A stretch of DNA of 64,000 bases from assembly GCA_048938105.1 (NCBI GenBank), contig JBHLMN010000003.1, forward strand, positions 64,001-128,000, written 5' to 3'. Source of the stretch: Promethearchaeota archaeon. GTDB lineage: Archaea; Asgardarchaeota; Heimdallarchaeia; Hodarchaeales; Hodarchaeaceae. The position numbers and the translations under genes were made by a program. Shown piece after piece: positions 49,361 through 58,306 of this stretch (positions are counted from its first letter, which is position 1; each line of letters begins with the position of its first letter). The notes below the pieces were generated by a model, which ran no database searches, was not told the origin of the DNA, and was given only the letters and a program-made list of their open reading frames with translations.

Positions 49361-50590
49361 ATGAGAATACGATCTGAATACTTATTTGGCATTATTTTCC
49401 TTATTTTTGTAATTCTAATTGTACCTCCACTTCAAGCTGCACCATATACTATTGAAAATACTAATTGGGACGGTCTTTCTATATTTAAAACACTAATCAA
49501 GGAAAATAGTACTGCCACTGTGAGTGAATCGACAACTCCCCTTAGACTTCTCGGAAAAATCAATGCTGATTTAATTATCATCGTTGGAGGAAATTTACCT
49601 TATTTTACAGAAGAAAGTAATTTTCTACGGCAATTTGTGGAAAATGGAGGAGATGTAATCCTCTTCGAAGATCAAGGATATGCCCGTATTTTAACCTCTG
49701 CTTTCGGGATTTCGCTAGGAGGAACAGTAATTGACCAAGATTCTCATGATCGAAATCCTTTTTTACCTACAGTCAATCAATATAGTATTGGTATACCACA
49801 ATCTGACTCTTCATTCTATAATATAGTACTCAATAAAGCCGTCAGAGTTCAAAAAAGTGCACTTCACATAATTAAAAACACAACATATTATCCTCTCTTT
49901 AGAACACGAATTGGTAGTACTTGGGAAGATAGAAATAATGATGGTAAATTCTATCGAAAAGGCGAGGCAGTAAATGACACATGTAATCTTGGAGGAATAC
50001 TCAGTTTCGACAAAAATGGAGGACATTTTATTGTTATTGGAGATTCTGCATTTCCTACAAATGATTTGATAAATATAAAGGATAATTATTCATGGCTTTC
50101 AGAGCTAATATCTTACTTACTAGCTAATGGGGAAAGAAAAGTACTTTTTGATGAAAGTCGGAAACTTTGGATTCCTCCTACTGGAAAAGCTGCTATAGGA
50201 ATGGTAGGGGTATTATTAATGGGAACATTCCATTCACCATTGATTGCAATCATTTCGCTGATTGTACTTGGAGGGATTATTGCAATGAAAAAGAACGACC
50301 AAATAAATAAAATAAGTAAAAATATTCAAAAATCTCTCCGACCACACAAAGACATAAAACCTATTGCTGCATTTTTACAATCGGAAGAGGAAGAGGAATT
50401 AGCGCGTTTAACAAAAAGAGGAACATACTCAAATCTTCATCGTGTCTTGTTAGCTGATGAGGTACGGCAAGTCATTCACAATATGCCTCCTTCAGTAAGG
50501 ATTGAATATGAGAATTATCTGAGACAACGGTACATTGATATAAATATGTCAGAAAAGTTGATTAAGCAACTAGAAAAATATCGGAAATAA
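49361..50590 (+). CDS. DUF4350-like (GATase-fold) membrane-anchored protein
   Basis: NTNWDGLS, LRQFVENGGDVILFED, FIVIGDSAFPTND, VLFDES motifs. Confidence 0.8.
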   Translation: MRIRSEYLFGIIFLIFVILIVPPLQAAPYTIENTNWDGLSIFKTLIKENSTATVSESTTPLRLLGKINADLIIIVGGNLPYFTEESNFLRQFVENGGDVILFEDQGYARILTSAFGISLGGTVIDQDSHDRNPFLPTVNQYSIGIPQSDSSFYNIVLNKAVRVQKSALHIIKNTTYYPLFRTRIGSTWEDRNNDGKFYRKGEAVNDTCNLGGILSFDKNGGHFIVIGDSAFPTNDLINIKDNYSWLSELISYLLANGERKVLFDESRKLWIPPTGKAAIGMVGVLLMGTFHSPLIAIISLIVLGGIIAMKKNDQINKISKNIQKSLRPHKDIKPIAAFLQSEEEEELARLTKRGTYSNLHRVLLADEVRQVIHNMPPSVRIEYENYLRQRYIDINMSEKLIKQLEKYRK

Positions 50591-50600
50591 GAACATTAAA

Positions 50601-51557
50601 ATGGAGAAAATAATAGTGGATCCAAATGAAATCAAAGGAATAGTCGATAATATAATCGAAGAAATCCATCAAAGGGTCGTCGGTCTTGACTATGCTGTTA
50701 AAAATATTTTAGCATGTTTTTTTGCTAATGGTCATGTATTACTTGAAGGTGTTCCAGGAATTGCGAAATCCATGATGGCTTATTCGCTTGCTGAAATTTT
50801 AGGGTTGGATTTTAAGCGTATTCAGTTTACTCCTGATCTCATGCCAGGGGATATTACAGGAGTCTCTGTTTTCAATATGAAAACCCAAGAATTCTCTTTT
50901 ATCAAGGGACCTGTGTTTTCTAACATTATTTTATGTGATGAAATCAGCCGCGCACCTCCAAAAACACAATCAGCCATGTTGGAGGCAATGCAAGAACGTC
51001 AAGTCAGTCATGAGGGAATCACATATAGGTTACCTGAACCCTTTCTTGTGATCGCAACTCAAAATCCTATTGAACAGGCTGGAGTGTATCCGCTACCTGA
51101 AGCACAATTGGATCGGTTTCTCATACGTCAAATAATTGCTTATCCAAACAAGGCTGCTGAATTGGAAATGTTGCAACTAAAGCAAAAAGAGGATATGCTT
51201 CCTGAAAGAACACTTTCTAGTCCAGAAGAATTTCTTAAAATTCAGCAGTTTGTGAGGCAAGAAGTATTAGTGTCAGAAAAAATCATGGAATATGTAGTAG
51301 ATCTCATCCGAACGACCAGGGAACATTATGGATTAACTTTGGGGGGATCTCCCCGAGCTTCAATATCCTTAATGACTGTAGCCCAAGCTCGTGCTGCTCT
51401 TTCTGGCCGTGATTATGTCGAACCAGATGATGTTAAACAATTATTTTTCTCAGTAGTAAACCACCGTTTAATCCTGTCGCCTGAAACGGAAATGGATAAA
51501 GTTCCAGTAATTCAGATAGTTGATAATATTATAAAATCAACTGAAGTTATCCTTTGA
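50601..51557 (+). CDS. moxR: MoxR-family AAA+ ATPase
   Basis: HVLLEGVPGIAKS, RIQFTPDLMPGD, DEISRAPPKTQSAMLEAMQE, ATQNPIE, LPEAQLDRF, GGSPRAS. Confidence 0.96.
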   Translation: MEKIIVDPNEIKGIVDNIIEEIHQRVVGLDYAVKNILACFFANGHVLLEGVPGIAKSMMAYSLAEILGLDFKRIQFTPDLMPGDITGVSVFNMKTQEFSFIKGPVFSNIILCDEISRAPPKTQSAMLEAMQERQVSHEGITYRLPEPFLVIATQNPIEQAGVYPLPEAQLDRFLIRQIIAYPNKAAELEMLQLKQKEDMLPERTLSSPEEFLKIQQFVRQEVLVSEKIMEYVVDLIRTTREHYGLTLGGSPRASISLMTVAQARAALSGRDYVEPDDVKQLFFSVVNHRLILSPETEMDKVPVIQIVDNIIKSTEVIL

Positions 51558-51574
51558 TCAAATGAGGTTACAGC

Positions 51575-52936
51575 TTGGACTATCTTTCACATAAGAAAGA
51601 AATTACACCTCAAGGGCAAATTCTTCTAGTTTTGTCATTCATTGGCGGCATTATTGGTATGAATTTTGGCCTATCTTTTCTATGGATCCCCTCGTTTGCA
51701 TTAATTTTGTATTTTCTTCCTTGCATTCGATTTCACTTCACAAGTTGTAATTTCTCAGTTTTTCGGGTTTTTTCGTCATCAACTGTCACCTTAGGTGGAT
51801 TTCTACATTGTCGATTGCGGATAAAGAATTTACAAGATAGTCCTCTTATTTTAACATTCGAGAATCGTTACTCAAATGGAATCATTCTTGTAAAAGGTTG
51901 GACTCATCAAAGTGTTCACTTAGCTCCAGGAGAAAGTCGTAAATTTTCATTTATTTTCACTTTCTCAACACGAGGCTTCCATGAGTTTTTTCCTCTCTTG
52001 ATTTATCGAGGGGATCCGTTAGGCTTATATCGAGATTCTTATGAGGTGGAGGAATCCGTCCAAATACGTGTTATTCCAGCTCGTCCATACATACGTTTAG
52101 ATAAACAACAGAAGAAAAGAGTTAGAGATATTCTCACAGGTCACCATGCCTATCGAAGGCGAGGACAAGGTGATGAGTTCTTTTCTTTACGAGAATACAT
52201 TCGTGGAGATGAACCTCGGAAGATCTACTGGAAAGGCAGCGCAAAACAAGGAAAATTAATTTCAAAAGAATTTACTGATGAGCTAGTTTTCAGGGTATTG
52301 GTTGCAATTGACATTAGTTGGACGATGCGATCCAGAAAACTTGAATTTGCCCTGACTACATTGTTGGAATTGGCAGAAATGGCAGCAATTACTCACGATG
52401 CTTTTGGATTTATCCTTTTTGATGAAAAGCCAAGGAGGTTCTTGAAACCTCTTAAAAGTCCACGATTATATGAAAAAACAGCAAGACTCACATTTGATCA
52501 GTCAGTTTCCAACAGTCGGACTCTTTTTGAAGCTATCATTCCATTCATCTTCTCCTTGAAAGGAACTCGTGGATTATTGGTTATAATAAGTGATACAGAA
52601 GGAATTTTAAATGAGAAGATAAAAGCTATCACTAAACTGGCCAAATTCGGCCATAAAATTATTTTTGTTGATTTACGTGGAGATAAATTTGGAGTTATTC
52701 ATTCAAATCTCTCTATTGAACATCTAAATACCAAACAGAAACTTAAATATTTGAATATTGCACGAGAGAGAGTCACAAGAAAATATTCAAAACGAGAACA
52801 GAAAATTCGAGAAACTCTTGATCAACTAGGTGGTACATATCTCAAAGTCGATTCTCCTGATCAAAATCTCCTTATAATGCTTAAACAAGAATTTGGCCAA
52901 GACGAAACTTTTCCTCAATGGATGGTAAATCTATAA
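51575..52936 (+). CDS. DUF58 (vWA-like) MoxR partner protein
   Basis: GDEFFSLREYIRGDEPRKIYWKGSAK, DISWTM (MIDAS-like), IISD. Confidence 0.9.
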   Translation: MDYLSHKKEITPQGQILLVLSFIGGIIGMNFGLSFLWIPSFALILYFLPCIRFHFTSCNFSVFRVFSSSTVTLGGFLHCRLRIKNLQDSPLILTFENRYSNGIILVKGWTHQSVHLAPGESRKFSFIFTFSTRGFHEFFPLLIYRGDPLGLYRDSYEVEESVQIRVIPARPYIRLDKQQKKRVRDILTGHHAYRRRGQGDEFFSLREYIRGDEPRKIYWKGSAKQGKLISKEFTDELVFRVLVAIDISWTMRSRKLEFALTTLLELAEMAAITHDAFGFILFDEKPRRFLKPLKSPRLYEKTARLTFDQSVSNSRTLFEAIIPFIFSLKGTRGLLVIISDTEGILNEKIKAITKLAKFGHKIIFVDLRGDKFGVIHSNLSIEHLNTKQKLKYLNIARERVTRKYSKREQKIRETLDQLGGTYLKVDSPDQNLLIMLKQEFGQDETFPQWMVNL

Positions 52937-53664
52937 TGAATTCACACAAAAACTCCACTTTAAGTCCTGAATTAATAGGGATTTGGATCTCTAGGGGATA
53001 TTCGAGATATACACAAGCCTTATTACGCATTCTTTGGGCTTCTACTGGGTCTATTTTATTGATCATTTTTATAGAGATAATTAATCATCTAGGATTGGTT
53101 CCTGTTGCTGCATTTTTAATTTCTGGCGGAATAATTCTCAGTCTTGAATATTATACATCAAAAATCCCCCACATCACAATTCCCTTCAGTCAAGGAGTAA
53201 TTATTGTATTAGCTGGTTATATTCAGTATTATACCCTTTTATCTCAACAAACAGGTTTCCTAGATAGTCCAAATATCCCCCTCCTTCCAGATTTACTTAG
53301 TATGATTTTAGGTATTGCCATTTTAATTAGGACTGTAACAGGAATCGAATTAATCCGACGTAATAAGGAAAACAAGAATGCACGGGTTCCTCTATCTGGA
53401 TATTCAAGGGAAGCTCTTATCACATTTGAGACAAACCTTCATCTTGCTTCAAGCCAGATTCAGAAGGAATTTTCAGATAAACAACCTATATTTGCTATTA
53501 AGCAATTATTAACCTATATTTTTTTCAGTATCGGTCTTCTATTAATCCTATTGACACCACTATGGCTGAATTTATTATTGGATGTTGTAATATATCCGTA
53601 TATTCTTCTAATCCCAGGAATTCTCGGTTCATTACTTATGGTGTTTTATTTCCCTCTAAAGTAA
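52918..53664 (+). CDS. Membrane protein, last gene of the MoxR cluster
   Basis: ~6 TM helices; overlaps or abuts the DUF58 gene. Confidence 0.7.
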   Translation: MDGKSIMNSHKNSTLSPELIGIWISRGYSRYTQALLRILWASTGSILLIIFIEIINHLGLVPVAAFLISGGIILSLEYYTSKIPHITIPFSQGVIIVLAGYIQYYTLLSQQTGFLDSPNIPLLPDLLSMILGIAILIRTVTGIELIRRNKENKNARVPLSGYSREALITFETNLHLASSQIQKEFSDKQPIFAIKQLLTYIFFSIGLLLILLTPLWLNLLLDVVIYPYILLIPGILGSLLMVFYFPLK

Positions 53665-53877
53665 AGTTCTTGATTTCAAAAGAAGAAAAAGATTAAACTG
53701 GATTAAAAAAATAACCACTGTAAATACGGTTGTATAGACAGATCACCTTCGATGAATATTTCTTCAGGTACAGGAAGACAATACCGAATAGTGAGTTCAT
53801 CTGATTCAAGAGATAATTTCGCCATGAAGAATCATAGGTTTTCCTTGGATTTACAACGCAAATTTCTCAAATACAAC

Positions 53878-54270
53878 CTATTCTTGTTGCATCTTTTGAA
53901 GTTCTGAAAGGAGAATCTGATTTGTTTCTTCTAGATTGGACAATTTCTTAAAAACCTCGTTCCAAATTGGAGAAATTTCTTTAACGAGTCCGATCTCTGC
54001 TTTGTAGGTCCCCTTCTTATAATCCAACCAACCAAGAATTGCTGCCAATGGAAAATAGATACTTCCAAAGATCATAAAAAAAATTGAATATGATTTTAAA
54101 ATCTCAGGGATAAAAAAGAGATTTTTGAAGAGTAAGTTATAAAAAATCAAAGTAAAATTCAACAGGGAAAAAGCTAGGGCAAACCAGGCATTATGACCTC
54201 GTAAAAAGTATTGTTTCAAACGGGCACCAGAATCGATCCCCTTTCGGGCTAATGGTTTAATTTTTATCAT
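53878..54270 (-). CDS. Small 2-TM membrane protein with C-terminal coiled coil
   Basis: 130-aa ORF with GAGG upstream, two hydrophobic helices and a heptad-like tail. Confidence 0.7.
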   Translation of the reverse strand: MIKIKPLARKGIDSGARLKQYFLRGHNAWFALAFSLLNFTLIFYNLLFKNLFFIPEILKSYSIFFMIFGSIYFPLAAILGWLDYKKGTYKAEIGLVKEISPIWNEVFKKLSNLEETNQILLSELQKMQQE

Positions 54271-54503
54271 AGTATTATACCTCTATAAGTTCAACAGAAA
54301 ATTTCTAGATTAATGTTAAAAACGAATCCGAATATATCAACCGATTTGGTTTTTAATCAATTAAGATATAATTAAGTATTTTATAAAACAAAATGTACTA
54401 ATCCTTATAAAATCAGATCTTTAATACTATAACGGCATTGATTCCGAGTCAAAGATAGAAGGGTTTTTATATTAGAAAGTTCTTGATCTACTCGGAGAAA
54501 AAA

Positions 54504-54614
54504 GTGGAGAATTCAATCAGAAAACTGAGAATGATATTAGACCTGACTTTCACTTATGGCTCAGGTTTAATTTTCTTGTTGGGTATTATTTTCCTCCTCG
54601 TATTATTTTCTTAG
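54504..54614 (+). CDS. Putative 36-aa single-TM micro-protein (below the ORF-track cutoff)
   Basis: MENSIRKLRMILDLTFTYGSGLIFLLGIIFLLVLFS*. GTG start with GGAG at 54494-54497 and TATA-like tttttata at 54464-54471. Confidence 0.45.
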   Translation: MENSIRKLRMILDLTFTYGSGLIFLLGIIFLLVLFS

Positions 54615-54694
54615 AAAAATACCATAAAAATCGCACTTTCTCTGCAACACATCCCCTTTTTCTAGTAAAATACTCATAACCAATAAATTAATTC

Positions 54695-56791
54695 TCAATT
54701 AATAGTTTTCAATTTTATTTCAACCCCAAATTCCAAACTCTTACCTGAAACTTTGATTTTGGGAAATATTGATGTACCTTGGTAGACCTTTTCGAATCTA
54801 GTCTCGCTTTGTGGCATTGAAAACAAGGGAAACAGTATACAATCAACTGCTTTAGAAAAAACGAGTTCAATTGACACGCATTCTGATTCATTTTGATCTT
54901 TAATTTCAATTCTTCGGCATTTGATCTGATTTACCAACTTAGCCAGATCAAATGGTTCAGCATCTAGAGTACCAGTTGTTTTATAGGGGTAAGAGACTCC
55001 AATTATATTAATTTCAGGGGAGAAAAAGAGGGTTTTTGTTGGAATAGCATCTGAAAAAATGATATTATACTCAATAAAAATCGTGTTAGACTGCAAACAA
55101 TATTTTTTTGAAATTTTTGTCTGTATAGCTATTTCTCCAAGCGAAATCTCCCCCTCACGTATAAGAGTCAGATTGTGGCTAACCTCTCGAGTGATTTTGT
55201 ACATATTATTGGCAAAATCTCCTAAATCCCTATAAGTGTCATTTTGTAAAGAAGTACTGGAAACACTCGGAGAAAGAAAATGATCTTGAAATGACCATTT
55301 CTCAAAGCGATCATGTACGCTTCGCACTTTATCAATGTGGTATGGTTCATTCCGCCTAGTGAGAACATTAAGAAAATTATAACCCTTTTCTTTTATGTTT
55401 AATGAAAAAATACAACCACCAAATAAAGACGAGATGTAACATGAGACATATTTATTTTCTAAAATTCCGTCAGGTTGTCCATCTAGTAACACATCTTGAA
55501 TTCTTGTCGTAAAGTCTTCAAGTCCCTCTCTATCACGAAGGTTATCTAAAAGATACTCAGCTTGGATAATATGCTTGTGAATTGAATGACGAAGAAAAAG
55601 ATAATACACTCCACCAAATAATCCATGCCAATATGCATCGTTTGATTGAGAAGCCAAGACATTTTCCCAGATTTTCTTGAACTGATTTGGTGATAAATCA
55701 GGTAATGCTTTCTCCGTTTCTACTATTTTATTACGACAAACAAGCATTCTTTTATGCATGATATTTGCTTGAGAATATTTTATCAAGAAATTTTGCCAAA
55801 TAGATCCAGTAGTAAAGGTTTGAATTTCCTTAGCTAATTCAGGCTTGATTTCCTTTCGATCTATTTTTTGATGTAAATTCTCCAATCGTTTCCGTAGGGG
55901 TGATGGTAATGACCAAATTGCCATTTTATCATAACTACTTGTTGGTAAATAGATAAGACCTCTCGGATGGTGTTTTCTTAAGTAATTACTAATTAGAACT
56001 GGCTTTATCCATTGTTTAGCTAGTATTGCCTCAAAGAATTTTCTCATCCAAGGAGTACCATCGTAACCATTTACATAACAAATATCATGAGTTGTTAGAT
56101 CACCAGCAGACCAAAGACCCATTTTTTCCATGTCAGACATCATAACTATTATCGTTTCATGATATTTATCACAACCTTTCCTTATATACCGAATTGTTTC
56201 CTCAGGGGCTTTCCAAGGGATCAAATAGCGAATTTGCTGGTTAATAGGAAAGATAGTTATCAATTCTCCTTGATCTTCGGTTACATATGCGTAATATGTC
56301 TGTTTTTCGGAAAAACCCGTCTTACAAAAAAGATAATCATCAATGAATGTGAAATCTACCCCCATTTTAGCACAAATAGAAACCAAACTTGGGGTCCATA
56401 CTCTTTCTGCTAACCAGATTCCTTTAGGGATAATATTATAATTTTCATACCACCAATCATTCATTAATAGGATTTGTCTTTCCTTATCTTTGTTTGGTAG
56501 AATAGCTAGGATTGGTTCAAAGAATCCCCCTCCGATAATTTCGATCTGCTGACGACGATAAAGAGTAACTATTTGCTCTAAATAATCAGGATGGTTTTCT
56601 TGAAGCCATATGAGAAGAGGACCAGAAATATGCAAGTTTGATTTAATTTTTGGATATTCATTAATCATTTGCAGCAATGGAAAATATGCTTTTTGATATG
56701 CCTCTTCAATTACCCATGGAAAGTTCCCAACAGGTTGATGTGCATGCCAAACTATGGGGAAAAAAACAGTGCCGTCTTTCCAGACTGACAA
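54695..56791 (-). CDS. GH57 alpha-amylase / 4-alpha-glucanotransferase
   Basis: HAHQPVGN, GGGFFEPIL, GIWLAERVW (nucleophile Glu), SDMEKMG (acid/base Asp), QSNDAYWHGLFGGVY. Confidence 0.92.
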   Translation of the reverse strand: MSVWKDGTVFFPIVWHAHQPVGNFPWVIEEAYQKAYFPLLQMINEYPKIKSNLHISGPLLIWLQENHPDYLEQIVTLYRRQQIEIIGGGFFEPILAILPNKDKERQILLMNDWWYENYNIIPKGIWLAERVWTPSLVSICAKMGVDFTFIDDYLFCKTGFSEKQTYYAYVTEDQGELITIFPINQQIRYLIPWKAPEETIRYIRKGCDKYHETIIVMMSDMEKMGLWSAGDLTTHDICYVNGYDGTPWMRKFFEAILAKQWIKPVLISNYLRKHHPRGLIYLPTSSYDKMAIWSLPSPLRKRLENLHQKIDRKEIKPELAKEIQTFTTGSIWQNFLIKYSQANIMHKRMLVCRNKIVETEKALPDLSPNQFKKIWENVLASQSNDAYWHGLFGGVYYLFLRHSIHKHIIQAEYLLDNLRDREGLEDFTTRIQDVLLDGQPDGILENKYVSCYISSLFGGCIFSLNIKEKGYNFLNVLTRRNEPYHIDKVRSVHDRFEKWSFQDHFLSPSVSSTSLQNDTYRDLGDFANNMYKITREVSHNLTLIREGEISLGEIAIQTKISKKYCLQSNTIFIEYNIIFSDAIPTKTLFFSPEINIIGVSYPYKTTGTLDAEPFDLAKLVNQIKCRRIEIKDQNESECVSIELVFSKAVDCILFPLFSMPQSETRFEKVYQGTSIFPKIKVSGKSLEFGVEIKLKTIN

Positions 56792-56818
56792 AATTAGACC
56801 TTCTTAGATCCTGAATCT

Positions 56819-57607
56819 TTAGAGAATTAAATTTCGTAATTGTTGAACCATTCCCTCTACTATACCAATTGTAGTAGCTGCCGAACATTCTGGATTGGCA
56901 TCAACAAGTAATAACAGACCCTCACCAAGAATATAAACAAATATGTTTGAGACACCTGAAACAGCCAAAAAAAATGTTGGTTTTTCGAGGTGTGCTGCAA
57001 ATGCTCCTCGAATAGCTCGCACTGCAGCTGGTAATATTTCTGCATCCATTTGATTTACAATGACTGCGCCAGTGAAAGATGACACACAAGCACCTCGGAC
57101 TGCATCGTCACTGAGAACCCAAGCTTCAAGATGTTCTTCAACCTCCCGTTTCATGGATTCTGACATATAACGACTTTCACCTGCCATAACGGTTTGAATA
57201 GCTTCATTAAATTCCTCCTTTTCCACACCTGATATACGAATCGTTCTTTTACTGAGTTTATCGGCAAAATTTCCAAGAAAGAGTGTCATTAACGTTCTCA
57301 ATTTAAATTCAATATCAAGTAATGAGGCAGAAGCGGAAGTAATTAGGGAAAACATTCCTTCTGGTCTATTAATCCCAGCAATACGCATTGATGCAAAATC
57401 GACGTGAAATAATTGGCCCTCCTCTATCGATTCTTCCTCTAATCCTTGTGAGATGGCAAAAGCTGAATCCAGAAGTACATGGATTTTTGCAGGAGTAAAA
57501 GCTTTTACAGTTTGTGAACCACGCAAATCTTTGCTGATAAGCAGTTTTCCTGAGGAATGAAAAACAAAGAATGCTAAAAAAGTCTCCAGCTCATCGAACG
57601 AGACCAA
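56819..57607 (-). CDS. Longin-like plus Roadblock/LAMTOR-like two-domain protein
   Basis: N-terminal FFVFHSSGKLLISKD beta-hairpin/helix pattern (longin-like). C-terminal VRGACVSSFTGAVIVNQM...LLLLVD (roadblock-like). 4 nt downstream of a GTPase gene. Confidence 0.65.
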   Translation of the reverse strand: MVSFDELETFLAFFVFHSSGKLLISKDLRGSQTVKAFTPAKIHVLLDSAFAISQGLEEESIEEGQLFHVDFASMRIAGINRPEGMFSLITSASASLLDIEFKLRTLMTLFLGNFADKLSKRTIRISGVEKEEFNEAIQTVMAGESRYMSESMKREVEEHLEAWVLSDDAVRGACVSSFTGAVIVNQMDAEILPAAVRAIRGAFAAHLEKPTFFLAVSGVSNIFVYILGEGLLLLVDANPECSAATTIGIVEGMVQQLRNLIL

Positions 57608-57611
57608 TTTC

Positions 57612-58136
57612 TTACTCTCCTAGAATTAGCTGGCCCATCTGGACAAAAGCTTCTTGAACACGAGATCCTGTTTTCGCTGAAGTTGAAAAAAATTCTTGAG
57701 CATGGAAACGCTCTAGAATCTCTTCTTTACTAGCAGGCAATTTTCCTTCTGCAATATCTTCTTTATTACCAAGAACCATCACTTTGGCATTTGGACTTTG
57801 TTCGTTAATGTCTGCTCGCCATCGATCTAATTTTTCATATGTGGGGTTTGGTCTCGTTAAATCGAATACTAAGAATACTCCATGTGCCTTCTTCAAATAC
57901 AGATGACGAAAATTAGTGAAACCTGATTGACCTGCAACGTCCCAAATCTGAAAAGTAAGCTCTCGCTCGTTGATGTTCACTGTTTTTGAGAGAAAATCTA
58001 CTCCTAAAGTGATCTGATAACCTTCTTTGAAGAAATCATCAACATATCGTTTAATTAAGGAAGTTTTACCTACCTCTGGTTCTCCGACCAATAATAATTT
58101 GAAGGCGAACTTGCCTCCTTTAGCTTTCTTAGACAA
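57612..58136 (-). CDS. Rab-like small GTPase
   Basis: FKLLLVGEPEVGKTS, YQITLGVDFLSKTV, QIWDVAGQ, GNKED, STSAKTG. Confidence 0.95.
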   Translation of the reverse strand: MSKKAKGGKFAFKLLLVGEPEVGKTSLIKRYVDDFFKEGYQITLGVDFLSKTVNINERELTFQIWDVAGQSGFTNFRHLYLKKAHGVFLVFDLTRPNPTYEKLDRWRADINEQSPNAKVMVLGNKEDIAEGKLPASKEEILERFHAQEFFSTSAKTGSRVQEAFVQMGQLILGE

Positions 58137-58306
58137 AGTTTAGCAGCTCCAATGGTGGGATAACTTACTCGAGAGAATAGCTAATAATATCTTATAAGTA
58201 TTCCTTATATGAATCATAAATTCCCTTTCTTCTTAACTTTGACCCCTGATATCCTTAAAAAGTAGTTTTAAGATTTCATATCTTATAGAAAAAAATTACC
58301 ATTGGT

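Noticed and set aside
53694-53876. Short minus-strand frame with an in-frame TGA upstream of MAKLSLESDEL..., considered as a selenoprotein
   Set aside because: No redox-motif context or recognisable SECIS; most likely chance or a gene remnant.
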